Source: Octopus sinensis (lineage: Eukaryota). Taken from it: a stretch of DNA of 64,000 bases. How positions within the stretch are numbered: the stretch's first letter is position 1; each line of letters begins with the position of its first letter. A program made the translations under genes and the position numbers. This document shows, piece after piece, positions 1 to 12,160 of the stretch. The DNA lies in NCBI RefSeq assembly GCF_006345805.1, contig NC_042999.1, positions 55,862,001 to 55,926,000 of the forward strand, read 5' to 3'. The notes under the pieces are model-generated. The model was not told where the DNA came from and did not search any database. It saw nothing but the letters and a program-made list of their open reading frames with translations.

Positions 1-99
1 TCAAAGCTTTCTTACCAAAAACTACCTGTCTAATGTTCTTCAAAATGGTTCTGACCCTAAATGTAGATTCTGCAATAAATTTGATGAAGCAATAGGCCA

Positions 100-640
100 T
101 CTTGTCTTGGGATGTCCTGTGCTGACACCAAATGAATAAAAAAAATCACCACAATAAGAGAGGACAGTGTTTACATTGGAAAATATGTAAACACTACAAA
201 ACCAGCACTCCTACTTACTGGTATGAACATCATCTTGAGCCAGTCGTTGAAGGTAAAAATGCCATAATCCTCTGGGATTTTCCAGTCAACACCAACAGAA
301 TGATCCAGGCTAATTGACCAGACATTGTCATAAAAAAAAAACAGAAAAGGAAATACTTGTAGACTAATAGATGTAAGTGTTCCCACTGATAAAAATATAT
401 CTGTAAAGGAATTAGACAAATTAAGTAAAAATATAAGAATCTGGAAATTAAAATACAAAAGGTGTGGCATCTTAAAACAAGAACTGTTCTTGTTATTGTG
501 GGTGCCCTAGGTATGATTAGGAAGGAATGTCAGAAACATCCCAGGAGAAGCATGTCTCAAAGAAATCCAAGAGATTATACCGACAAGTGCTGCCCACATC
601 CTTAGAAAAACCCTCTCAATTTAAATCTATGTGTTGTATT
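100..640 (+). mobile_element. 3' fragment of an RLE-type (R4/Dong/HERO-like) non-LTR retrotransposon, degenerate
   Basis: Translates across stops and frameshifts to LHWKIC..WYEH..ILWDFPVNTNRMIQAN*PDIV..IDVSVPTDKNISVKELDKLSK, a PD-(D/E)xK restriction-like endonuclease pattern; (AAT)n-like tail near 790-810. Confidence 0.75.
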
Positions 641-807
641 ACATTAAGATATTTTGCTACTGCCCCTGCTGCCACTTTCTCTCCCGAAGCTTTCAGTCAT
701 ACTGCTACATCTCTTATCCTTCACTCACCCTAGTATGGTGGGTGTGTCTCGGTGAATGCCTATAACAAACATGCAAATTTAAAGTAAATAATAAGATAAT
801 AATAATA

Positions 808-928
808 TTATCTAGGATATGTCTGTTCAAATTCACATATCATCTAGGTTAAACCTGTTCAAAGTCCATATTATCTAGGATATGCCTGTTCAAATTCATA
901 TATCATCTAAGATACGCCTGTTTAAACT
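808..928. repeat. ~31-bp minisatellite, ~4 copies
   Basis: Repeated unit resembling tatcatctaggatatgcctgttcaaattcaca. Confidence 0.75.
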
Positions 929-959
929 GACAAAGAAATCAAAGCTAATTCTCCTGCTT

Positions 960-1195
960 ACTGATAAATATTTCAGTCCTTTCTAAATAAAATATTGCTG
1001 AAAAAGAAGTGGAGAAATTGTCAAAGTACAAAGATCTCAAAACTGAAATATTGAAGATGTGTGGCATGAAGGTGAAAACAATACCTAGCTGTCTGTGAGC
1101 ATTTTGTATGATAAAATTCCATACCTGGACCCTCACTATCCAGAAAATAGGCCTGCTAGGAACAACCCACATTCTATGCAAGACACTATCAAGTC
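960..1195 (+). mobile_element. second RLE-type LINE C-terminal fragment
   Basis: Translates to EKEVEKLSKYKDLKTEILKMCGMKVKTIP...IQKIGLLGTTHILCKTL, the same C-terminal motif family as 100-640. Confidence 0.65.
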
Positions 1196-1246
1196 AAAAG
1201 TACAGCCCAAATAAAACAATCCACAAAGACAAGATACACTCTATAC

Positions 1247-1465
1247 CAGTGGTTTTCAACCAGGGTTCCGCGAAACCTTAAGGTTCCGCCAGTACAGTCC
1301 AGGGGTTCCACAAGAAGTTACAAAACTGCTAAAATCGACAGTAATTTTTAATTCTCCTGTGCAGATATGTGTGCATAAAACTATTAAATTATTGCACAGG
1401 GGTTCCTCGAGCCAGTGGAATGTTTCCTTGGGGTTCTGCTCCAGCAAAAAGTTTGAAAAGCACTG
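1247..1465. mobile_element. hAT (Charlie-like) MITE with 8-bp TSD
   Basis: TIRs cagtggttttcaac / gtttgaaaagcactg; exact 8-bp TSD ctctatac at 1239-1246 and 1466-1473. Confidence 0.9.
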
Positions 1466-2218
1466 CTCTATACAGTAATTATCCAATAAAACAAGCAACG
1501 CCCACAACATGTACTCTACAGGTCAGTTACCCAACAGTATGCAACTAGCATTACACACACAACACACAATACAGACATTAATACAGCAAAAGACTCAAGT
1601 GAAACCCCATAACAAAGCAAACTGATGCAATACAATACCAGGGAGTTTGTACTCCTATGACAGCAAAAATAACAAAAAAACAAGAACACAGTACTGCACA
1701 CATCTCAGCAACACAGATGCAGGTGATGCAGTGGAAATTTACCTGAAAGTATCAAATGTCGAATAATAATGACAATGATGATGATGATGAGAATAATAAT
1801 AATTGTACATGTATGTATGTACATATACATATATATGTATAGATAGATTGATAGATAGATAGATAGATAAAGAGAGTTATATATATAAGACATTGATATA
1901 AATACAAGCATACATATATATTTATACACACACACACACATGCATACATATATACAATGTATGTATGTATGTTTGTCTATATATGTATAGATGTGTGTGC
2001 TGCTTACATTAAGTTTCTACCTCAATGTAAATGTATTTTGAAGAAAATCTACTGGCTGCATATGGCAAAAACAAATATAGGTATACAAATACATACATAG
2101 TATAATCGTGAATTTACACAGATAACATATGTACATGATTACTGATTGGGTTGTAGGTGTAGCATGATGACAACAATTAAAAGCAGTGTATGAAGGATAT
2201 GTAATGTAACTGCTCTAT

Positions 2219-2456
2219 CTGCGACGATTTCATCTCAATCGAAGGAGAGGGGCTTTCTCCGTCCGGGTTGCAGATCCGTGGAATAAGCTGCCGGACGAGA
2301 TGGTGAAGATGCCAACGACCGCTCGATTCAAAGTCCCCCTTGACCACAAGTGGCCTGAACTCTTTACATGAACACCACCTTGTACATAACTCCATGTCCC
2401 CCTACATGGCCTTGCTTTTTGCTTTTTGAACCAAAAAATTAACTAACTAACTAACT
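2219..2456 (+). mobile_element. CR1-like LINE 3' end with (TAAC)n tail
   Basis: 2219-2371 encodes LRRFHLNRRRGAFSVRVADPWNKLPDEMVKMPTTARFKVPLDHKWPELFT*, a typical CR1 ORF2 C-terminus; short 3' UTR, then a (taac)n tail at about 2440-2455. Confidence 0.85.
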
Positions 2457-2987
2457 GAAGCCCTTCCATCACCATGCCACACTTATGAGTAATAGTAAAG
2501 CATTGCAACCCAATCAAAATATTTATCAATAGATATGTATATGCCAGTCACAGTAACTACACCTTATATATTGTGTATATGTCCTCATTTACCTTCTTTT
2601 CTATCCCTCTGTTCTTATGTTTACTTTCCTATTCCAATGTTCTAACATGAATTGTTTTGAACAGTATAAATAAAGATATTCTTCTCCAAAAGCAATAATA
2701 ATTTGATTACTTTAGTGTACATAGCAACAAAGAATATCAGAGATTACATAGAAACTGAACTATAAGCTTTTGTTTCACTGAAATCCCAAATTCTAGATTC
2801 TTTCCTGACAGCATGATTGGAAAACATACATTATTTGTTGGTTATATATAATATACTGTTGCTAAGCAACGAGGTAATCAGGGATTATCTATCTTTTGAA
2901 TATTTAAGAAACTTGAAATAAAGAAAAATAATTCTAAATATTCTTAATATTTGTGCTGATATTTTGGTTTTAATATTGCATAGTTCT

Positions 2988-3430
2988 AAGGTGGTGAGCT
3001 GGTAGAAATGTTTGCACACTGGATGAAATGCTTAGTGGTATTATGTCTGGCTTTACGATCTGAGTTCAAATTCCACTGAGGTTGATTTTGCCTTTCATCC
3101 TTTTGGGACTGATAAATTAGGTACCAGTTGCATACTGGGGTCGATCTAATCGACTGGCCCCCTCCCCCAAAATTTCGGGCCTTGTGCCTAGAGTAGAAAA
3201 AAATATTGGATAGTTTTAGAAAATGGAAGTGATTTGACAGAATTGTTAGCATGCCAGACAAAATGCTTAGTAGTATATCATCTGCCTTTACATTTTGAGT
3301 TCAAATTATGCTAAGATTGACTTTGCTTTTCATCCTTTCAGAGTCAATAAAATCAGCATAAATTGAGCACATGAAACAATGGAATCAATTAGCCCTTCCT
3401 TTCAAAATTTCAGGCCTTGTGCCTATAATA
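2988..3430 (+). mobile_element. two adjacent copies of tRNA-derived SINE family A
   Basis: Head aaggtggtgagctggtagaa, B-box gagttcaaattcc, body gactttgcctttcatcc..ggggtcgat, end caggccttgtgccta. The family recurs many times in the window. Confidence 0.8.
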
Positions 3431-3808
3431 GAAAGGTTATATAATTTTTGGGTGATGGATGGCAGAATCAAACAAACTATCACAGAGTATTTAGTAATGT
3501 CCCTTTGTTATCTGAGTTCAAGTCCTGTTGAAACTGACATTACCTTTTATTCTTCCAGAAAGAATAAACAAAGATTCAACTGAATTTTAAAATCACAGCC
3601 TTTACAATTTTGTTTATGGTTTAGTCAGATGTGGCTATCATTTCTGTGCAGTCAAGCAACCACATAAAGATCTCATGTTACCTGAGAGTGTCTGGAGTAC
3701 CTTTGGTTGTGTGTATGTGTGTGTGTGCATGTATGTATATAAGTGTGTATGTATGTGTATGTATATGTATGTGTATGTATGTATGTATATATATATATAT
3801 ATATATAT

Positions 3809-5849
3809 CATCATCATCATCATCGTTTAACGTCCGTTTTCCGCGCTAGCACGGGTTGGACGGTTCGACCGGGGTCTGGGGACCGGCACAGAAGCCAGTC
3901 AAGGCGGTGCTGGCATCGGCCACGTTCGGATGGTGCTTTTTATGTGCCACCGGCACAGAAGCCATTCGAGGCGGGGTTGGCATCAGTCCACGTTCGGATG
4001 GTGCTTTTTGTGTCCCACCGGCACAGAAGCCAGTCGAGGCTGCACTGGCAATGGCCACGTTCGGATGGTGCTTTTTATGTGTCACCGGCACAGGTATCAC
4101 AGCTACTGTTTCCATTGATATTTGGTTCGATGTTCATGTATATGCACTTGACTCGACAGATCTCCTCAAGCACAGCGAGATATTCCGGGATCCAAGGTAC
4201 TTTGGATGGGCAGGGGTATGCGGAACTGGTGCCGGAAGCATCCCGGGTCTTAGTAGTCACAGCACATCTCCAGAGATCTCGGTCCTTCGCCATTGCCTCA
4301 GTGAGGCCCAACGCTCTGAGATCATGCTTGACTACCTCATCCCATGTCTTCCTGGGTCTACCTCTCCCCCTGATTCCTTCAACTGTTCGGGAGTGACACT
4401 TCTTCACACATCTCTCCTCATCCATCCGCAGTACATGACCATACCATCGCAAGCGTCGCTCTTGCACACCGCATCTGATGCTTCTTATGCCTAGCATTTC
4501 TCTCAGGGTGCTTACACTCTGTCGTGCATTCACACTGACATTACACATCCAGCGGATCATGCTAGCTTCATTTCTTTCAAGTCTACTCATGTCCTCTGCA
4601 GTCACGGCCCATGTTTCACTGCCGTGAAGCATGGCAGTTCGCACACATGCATCATACAATCTACCTTTCACTCTGAGTGAGAGACCCTTTGTCGCCAGTA
4701 GGGGTAGGAGATTTCTAAACTTTGCCCAGGCTATTCGTATTCTAGTGGTGACACTCTCTGCGCATCCACCCTCACTACTAACTTGGTCACCCAGGTAGCG
4801 GAAACTATCAACTACTTCTAGTTTCTCCCCCTGGAGTGTGATGGAATCTGTTTTTTGAGTGTCTGTGGTGTCTATTGTCCCTGTGCATCTGCCGCACATG
4901 AAAGCTATCTTATCAGTTAATTTCCCTTTGATGTTGCTGCACCACTTATGCGTCCATAGCTTACACTGGGTGCATCTTATGGAGTTTCTACCTACACCTT
5001 TCCTACAGCTCGAGCAGGGCCACCTGCCCGATGGGGTGTGTGCTGAGTTCGCCTTTCTGCATACTATAACTTTGGTCTTCACTACATTTACTCTAAGGCC
5101 CTTAGATTCTAACCCTTGTTTCCACACCCGAAATTTCTTTTTAGTTCCGGTAGTGATTCTGCTATGAGGGCCAGGTCATCAGCATAGAGGAGCTCCCAGG
5201 GGCAACCTGTTTTGAATTCCTCTGTTATTGCCTGGAGAACTATGATGAATAAAAGGGGACTGATGGCTGAGCCCTGGTGTACACCTACTTCTACCCGGAA
5301 TTCTTCACTATATTCGTTGCCAATCCTAACCTTGCTGACAGCCTCTCTGTATAGAGCCTGTACAGCCCTTATTAGCCATTCGTCAATCAACAGTTTCCGC
5401 ATCGACCACCAGATAAGGGATCGGGGAACCCTGTCAAAGGCTTTCTCGAAGTCCACAAAAGCTATGTAGAGGGGTTTATCTTTAGCTAGGTACTTCTCCT
5501 GCAGTTGTCGGACCAGGAATATAGCATCAGTGGTGCTTCTACCTGGCACAAAACCGAACTGCATCTCATCTAAGCAAATTCTCTCCCTAATGAGATGGGT
5601 TATGACCCTCTCTGTGGTCTTCATCACCTGATCCAACAGTTTAATACCCCTGTAGTTATTTCTATCTAGAGCATCACCCTTACCCTTGTAGCAGTTGACT
5701 ATGGTGCTGCTACACCAGTCATTGGGTATGACTCCATTATGAACTACCTGGTTAACAATACGGGTGACTAGGCCATAGCCTGCATAACCAGCTGTTTTAA
5801 GCATCTCAGCAGTGATTCCTGATGGGCCGGGGGCTTTACCCGGTTTCAT
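3809..5849 (-). mobile_element. 5'-truncated RTE-clade LINE (RT, PHD-like finger, C-terminal domain, 3' UTR, (GAT)n tail)
   Basis: ORFs 5109-5849 (KAPGPSG..YRGIKLL..QFGF..AFVDFEKAFDRV..GVHQGSAISP..YADD) and 4075-5127 join via one frameshift near 5125. Tail (cat)n at 3809-3823 on +; flanked on both sides by (TA)n. Confidence 0.95.
3882..4094. repeat. 67-bp tandem repeat in the RTE 3' UTR (3 units plus partial)
   Basis: Units start at 3882, 3949, 4017 and 4084 (accggcacagaagccagtc...ggatggtgctttttatgtgcc). Confidence 0.9.
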
Positions 5850-5993
5850 ATATATATATATAGTTGAAAAATATTACAGATCTATACAAATCAAATTTCT
5901 ATATATAAAAGATGTAGGTGGAAATAGCACAGAAATCGAAGACATTTCAATTTAAAAGGGAATTTAATAAAAATGATTTTACAGTGATTGTCG

Positions 5994-6034
5994 TACGCTG
6001 AAGACAGGTCAATACCTAGAAATTGCAGTCCGTG
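5994..6034 (+). ncRNA. minimal type I hammerhead ribozyme motif (Penelope-type, GUC site)
   Basis: Stem I tacg/cgtg; core CUGAAGA 5998-6004; stem II aggt-caat-acct; GAAA 6019-6022; loopless quasi-palindromic stem III (a)ttgcag(t); predicted cleavage after 6030. Confidence 0.75.
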
Positions 6035-6579
6035 TGTATCACTTAGGTTGACGAGGAAGGGATGACTTCCCTATGCAAATACCATAAGGGCACAGAAAGT
6101 GTGCCTAAAGCCAGCTGGAGATGATGTTCTCCTGGGGCTACAAGCTACAGTAACACCCACCCTTAGTGGTTAGCCATATTGAGATGGCAAACATACCTCA
6201 CAGATTTTTAAAATTATATAAAGAAAATATTACTGGTTTCCATGAATCTTGTCTCATCAAATATCAGTAAAAATTTATAAAAATTTGAAGTAAAAACAGT
6301 CTATCTTTTGTCTGGGAGTCAAGAACATGTCAAATATAGTTTGGTATAGAGTTCAAAATGTTAGGGAGTGAGAGAAAGGGTGTCTATTGTCTAAAAGAAA
6401 TCTTTGTGTGATCCTGCCAAGGGAGTGGCTAAAAAGCATTTTTTGTGTGTGAGTGTGTGTGTGTTTGGAAAGTGACCAGCTGTGAGTTGATGAGTATGTA
6501 TGTTTGAAGAAAGAATTGGGATTTTCCTTTGGGTTAGATGTATTCTTTTGAGTGTCTCTACCTGTGTGTATGTGCGTGA

Positions 6580-6610
<31 letters not shown>

Positions 6611-7177
6611 CTCTGTCTCCCTCTTTCTCTTCCTCTTTCCCTCTCTCTTGCTCCTCTCTCTCTCTCTGTTTCTCACCCTCTCTCTTTCTGAACTATGAGC
6701 TACATCTTAAGACCATCATATGATGTCTTTAAGACCCATTCTGATCTGTTATCATTCTCAGTACTTTCTCATATCTGCTGTCAATGGCTTCTTCCCCACT
6801 TTTGTTCCTCACTCATTATAGCCAGCCCTATGTACCTCTGCATCCATCTCTGCCACTGTATATCTGTCTTCCATCCACCCCACTCTCCCACCCAAGATGT
6901 CACCTCCATATTTCTTGATTTACCAACAGGTTTATTTTACAGCTGCTCTCCTCCCTTGCTGTACTGCCACTTATTACCTCATTCCTGCAACACTCCTATT
7001 TGTTTCACCTTCTCCCATCCCCAAACTGATATTTACTATCTAACACACCTCCAGCTTTGTTCTATTCACTACATATACCTCCACCCCATCTCTAACCATC
7101 TGTCACTCTTTTCTCACACTCTAATGATCCTATCAACCCACATCCTTTCCAACTCTTTGTCCATATTTTATCATATA

Positions 7178-8760
7178 CAGGCATACCTCACCCTACTTCA
7201 TTAACTGGTTCCAGCAGACATGACTTAAGTTGAAAAATGACTCAAGTTGAATTAACTTGTCTCTAGGCTAAGCTAAGCCAAATTTACTTGTTTCTAGGCT
7301 AAACCAATAATAACCATTCCCAGTTCTGTACGTTATTTATGAATGCATTTTCAATAATACACGGTGAATAAAAACATATTTTAGGCTTACAGACAAATAA
7401 TTTTTATTTTTTAATACAGTACAGTAAAATAAAAGTAATCTAAATTTACGAATACAATTGGTGGTGTTTACCATACATCACGGATGCTTTATTTATGAAT
7501 GCGGTTTGCAATAAGACATGGTAAAATAAAAGCCATTTTTAAGCTTAAAAAACAAATTCAGTAATTATTATTATTATTTTGCAATAGTAAAAAAACTAGA
7601 TTATTTTAAATTTACCAATACGCACATACAATTTGGTGGTTTACATCATGGATGTAGATGGCTGTGGATTGTCAACATCAACAGCTGACTCTGACTGTTC
7701 TTGTTATTTGAAGCACTTAAAAAACTGGTTGAGAGTTCCTTGATCTGTCTTCTTTTCTTCAAGGATTACATTATAAGAAGCAAAAGCTTTGTGACAAGCC
7801 CCCATAATCTTGGAAAAGGGTTGAGCATTTGGATCTATATCCTCAAACACAGAAAGAATTTTTTTGATATATACAATGGTAAAGTGATGTGGCTCAGGTT
7901 CAACTTCCTCTTCTTTATTTTGCTGTTCATGAAGCTCTATCAAGTAAATCTGTGAAATCCTCCTCCTCCAAATTTATTTCCAGTTCTTTGCTCATAGTCA
8001 CCAACGTTTTGTTGATGGCAACATTATCAAACCCCTTAGAATCATTCACAGATTGCAGGCATAGCTTTTTCCATACACCATTCATAGCTATGCTCTGTAC
8101 ATCATTCTATGCCACTGCTATGTTCTGTACAGCCTTGTAGATATCGTATCTCTTCCAAAAGCCATGAAGTGTGATGGACTCATCAAGATCAGTCGCAGCT
8201 ATTGCTTGGCACAACACACACTTCATACAGTAATGCTTGAAGATAGCAATTATTCCCTGATCCATTGGCTGCAGAAGAGACGTGGTGTTCAAAGGGAGGT
8301 ACACGACGGTAACATTGAGGTCAAAATCTACAGTGTTTTGAGGGTGGCCAGAGGCATTATCTAAGATAAGTAAAACCTTAAAAGGAATCCCCTTCTCCTT
8401 ACAGTACTTCTCTGATGCTGGGATAAAATGATTGAAGAACCACTCTTCAAAAACAACGACAGTAACCCATGCTTTTGAATTAGCCATCCATATAACAGGG
8501 AGAGATGCCTTGGGTATGTTCTTCAGGGCATGGGGGTTATGTGCATGATACACAAGCAATGGCTTTAACTGAAAATCTCCTGCACAATTACCTCCCAACA
8601 TAATGGTCACACATTCTTTTGAGACCCTGTAGCCTGGAATAGTTTTCTCCTCCTTGGAAATGAATGAACGGTCTGGCAGTTTTTTCCAATACAATCCAGT
8701 TTCGTCTATGTTAAAAATCTGTTTCCAAGCAAGATATTATCTTACCATAGTCAGATATGT
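7178..8760 (-). mobile_element. Tigger/pogo DNA transposon, 5'-truncated, degenerate DDE transposase
   Basis: ORF 8107-8694 (YWKKLPDRSFISKEEK..KPLLVYH..NSKAWVT..LILDNASGHP..LLQPMDQGII) plus C-terminal pieces to ~7700; Tigger-like terminus TA|caggcatacctc at 7176-7189. Confidence 0.9.
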
Positions 8761-8834
8761 TTTCACTGAAGATTGGAAACAAATGGCACCACTTACATGA
8801 TGATGACACTCATTTACACCTACCAAGAACAGGT

Positions 8835-8873
<39 letters not shown>

Positions 8874-9069
8874 CACACACACACAAACACACACATTTAT
8901 ATATACATATATAATGGGTTTCTTTCAATTTCCATCAACTAAATTCATTGAGAAGGCTTTGGTCAGCCTAGGGCTACAGTGGAAGGCATTTGCCCAGAGT
9001 GCCACATAGTAGAATTGAATCTGAGACCATATGTTTGGGAAGCAAACACCTCACAATCATGCCTATGTC

Positions 9070-9330
9070 AAATGTATGGTATGGTATGGTATGGTATGGT
9101 ATGGTATGGTATGGTATGGTATGATATGATATGATATGATATGATATGATATGATATGATATAATAAATATAATATGATATAATATAATATAATATAATA
9201 TAATATGATATGATATAATATAATATAATATAATATAATATAATATAATAAATATGATATGATATGATATAATATAATATAATATGATATAATATAATAT
9301 AATATAATATAATATAATGTAATATATATT
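9070..9330. repeat. compound pentanucleotide microsatellite (ATGGT)n-(ATGAT)n-(ATAAT)n
   Basis: Seen directly in the sequence. Confidence 0.95.
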
Positions 9331-9369
9331 TATATATGCACATGGACACACACATACACACATACACAA

Positions 9370-9645
9370 AAGGAGCACTCTGTCGGTTACAACGATGAGG
9401 GTCCCAGCGGATATGATCAATGCAACAGCTTGCTCATGAAATTAATGGGCAAGTGGCTGAGCAATCCACAGACACATGTACCCTTAACATAGTTTACAGG
9501 GAGATTCAGCGTGATATAGAGTGTGACAAGGCCGGCCCTTTGAAATACAGGCACAACTCATTTTTGCCAGCTGAGTGGACTGGAGCAACACAAAATAAAG
9601 TGTCTTGCTCAAGGACACAACACATCGCCAGGAATTGAACTCCCA
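9370..9645 (-). mobile_element. tRNA-derived SINE family C (CORE-like ccttgagcaagacact); related copies at ~10670-10970, 23575-23860, 37870-38100, 60510-60840
   Basis: Minus strand reads gagttcaattcctgg..gtgttgtgtccttgagcaagacactttatt; body shared with the listed copies. Confidence 0.65.
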
Positions 9646-9973
9646 GTACAGGTGCCAGGGGAAGCTGGCAATGGTCACAATCAGTTGGTGCTTTCGGATG
9701 GTACTTTTTACATACCACCAGCACAAGTATCACAACTACAATTTCCATTTGATTTTAATTTTGATGTTGATGTGCTTGACTCAATGGGTCTCCTCAAACA
9801 CAGCAGGTCGCCCTATGATCCAAGGTAAGCACAGCAGGCCTTCCTGCGATCCAAGGTACTTTGAATGGGCTGGGGCTGCTATGTGAAGCTGGCACAGGAA
9901 ACAGCCATGAACTTACGTTATTTGTTGGGTCTTTGCAGAAACAGCATATCTCCAGAGGTCTCTGTCTTTCATC

Positions 9974-9975
<2 letters not shown>
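9645..9975 (-). mobile_element. degenerate RTE 3' fragment (same family as 3809-5849)
   Basis: Shares caggtgcc..ggtgcttt..gatccaaggtactttg..catatctccagaggtctc with 3880-4290; abuts (AT)n at ~9973. Confidence 0.7.
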
Positions 9976-10016
<41 letters not shown>

Positions 10017-11754
10017 AGTGTATTTTTGCCTTGTTAACAATTAACACGGAAAAAATAGATAAATAGTTACATGTGTCAAAAGTAAAAGTATTTGATTTAT
10101 ACCTGCATTAAACTCCATTTATTTATATATATATATGTGTGAGTAATTAATTAAAAAAATGGAGAAAAAGACAACAAGAAAAAACAATAACACAAGGACA
10201 TGGTACATGCAAAGTATTAATAAGATGCTCAGAGAAGGAAAGAAAGAGTGGTTGTTTTACATTTTGAACAAGGCTCTTCTTTGGAAACAGGAGACATAGG
10301 AAAGTCCAAAAAAAAAAGGAAGAAGGAGGAAAAAAATCGCCAACAGTCCACGTGTAGTTACATATACATATATAAACTGAAATATTCTTATTCACAAAAG
10401 CATTGCAAATGTTGTAGAATGCTTCCTAACATTCTTTTCTTTTATTGTTTGCCCTTAATTAAATATTGGTGGCTCAAACAAAATGTAAACAAATTATTGT
10501 TGCTTTGAAAATAGCAAGTATAAAAAGAGCTATGATGAAAGCAAAGGGTGGCAGTTTTGATATATAAATGCATGTAAAATATTGTCAATAAATATAACAA
10601 TCAGCCAGTAAATTTTTATTAGCCAAAACATGCACAGGAACTTTTTATTTTATGATGAAATGGCACTCCGGCACTTCAATGGTTACAACGACGAGGGTTC
10701 CCTTTGATCAAATCAATAGAACAGTCTGCTTGTGAAGCAGCTGAGCACCCCACAGGCTCTTGATGTAATTCTCAGAGAGATTCAGCGTGACACACAATGT
10801 GACAAGGCTGGCCCTTTGAAATACAGGTATAACTCATTTTTGCCAGGTGAGTGAACTGGAGCAATGTGAAATAAAACGGCTCAAGAACACAATGCATCAC
10901 TGAAAATTGAACTCATGACCTTATGATCATGAGCCAAATACTCTAACCACCAACCCATGCACCTTCACTTGATAAAATGAATAATTGGTAAATGTATATG
11001 CAGCCCTCAGTTATTGTGATCCCCTTCGGTCATAAATGACCATAAGATTGCACCTAGAGAGTTACCCTCCGAGGCACAAGTCTGGGCAAGGTTTGTTTAT
11101 GGAAAACTAGCAGTCACCCATTCATACCAGCCTCCCTTCTCCATGCCACCAATGTTATCCAAGGGAAAGGCAAAGGCTGATACAGTTTGGCACCAGTGAT
11201 GTCGCAACTCATTTCTACAGCTGAGTTAACTGGAACAACGTGAAATAAAGTGTCTTGCACAAGAACACAACATGCTGCCTGGTCCAGGAATCAAACTCAC
11301 AACCTCACGATTGTAAGCTTGATGCTCTAACCACTGAATCATGCACCTTCACAGTACTCAGTATATATACACAGTTACACATATTGGTATAGCACCAATA
11401 AAGCTGATGATCAAATACAACTAAAGAAATTCTGAGATAATATTTATCCCCAACTTAAACATGAATATTCTAGTAGAACAAACTTCACTGCAGTAGTTAC
11501 CATGAAGGAAACTCTCATCCTTGCTGTCTCTAGTGGCCAAGTGTCCATCATTGACAAGACCAAACAAGGTTGAAATCATGTGATTTGAAGATCTTGGTGC
11601 TGGAGGTAGCAGGGATTTATTGCCCTACTAGCAACATAAACAAGAGTGCATTTTGCACCAAAAGCCAATACAAGAGTTCCTCTCATGGTAACTACTGAAG
11701 AAAGGTTTGTTTTAATAGAACTTCAACATTTAGGTGAGAATAAATGTTACCTCT

Positions 11755-11957
11755 TTTACTCTTTTACTCATTTGATTGTGGCCATGCTAGAGCACCACCT
11801 TTAGTTGAGCAAATCAACCCCAGGACTTATTCTTTGGAAGCCTAGTAATTATTCTATCGGTATCTTTTGCCAAGCTGCTAAATTACGGGGACATAAACAC
11901 ACCAGCATCAGTTGTCAAGCGATGTTGGGGTGGACAAACACAGACACACAAACATAT

Positions 11958-11988
<31 letters not shown>

Positions 11989-12160
11989 CATATATATGAC
12001 GGGCTTCTTTCAGTTTCCGTCTACCATATCCACTCACAAGGCTTTGGTCGGCCCGAGGCTATAGTAGAAGACACTTGCCCAAAGTGCCACACAGTGGGAC
12101 TGAACCCGGAACTATGTGGTTCATAAGCAAGCAACTTACCACACAGCCACTCCTACGCAT
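11755..12160 (-). mobile_element. CORE-type SINE family B with internal (AT)/(GT) microsatellite
   Basis: Reverse complement of the 13072-13493 element. Confidence 0.85.

Noticed and set aside
2858-2870. GTTGCTAAGCAAC, an RFX X-box-like palindrome followed by a donor-like gag|gtaatc
   Set aside because: A single short motif with no evidence of a nearby transcription start or link to the Hv gene.
3882-4094. Regularly spaced 67-bp repeats as a CRISPR-like array
   Set aside because: Whole units are similar with no unique spacers; this is a eukaryotic LINE 3' UTR VNTR.
10255-10287. Hammerhead-like relic on the minus strand (ccaaaga..ttc aaaa tg ta)
   Set aside because: Core positions G5 and G12 are lost, consistent with CpG decay; not counted as a ribozyme.
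11685-11704. Candidate Hv start exon ATG GTA ACT ACT GAA GAA AG|gtttgt, phase-compatible with 20836
   Set aside because: It would give only a ~7-aa N-terminus and has no homology support; such short matches arise by chance. The true 5' exon(s) remain unidentified and may lie upstream of the window.
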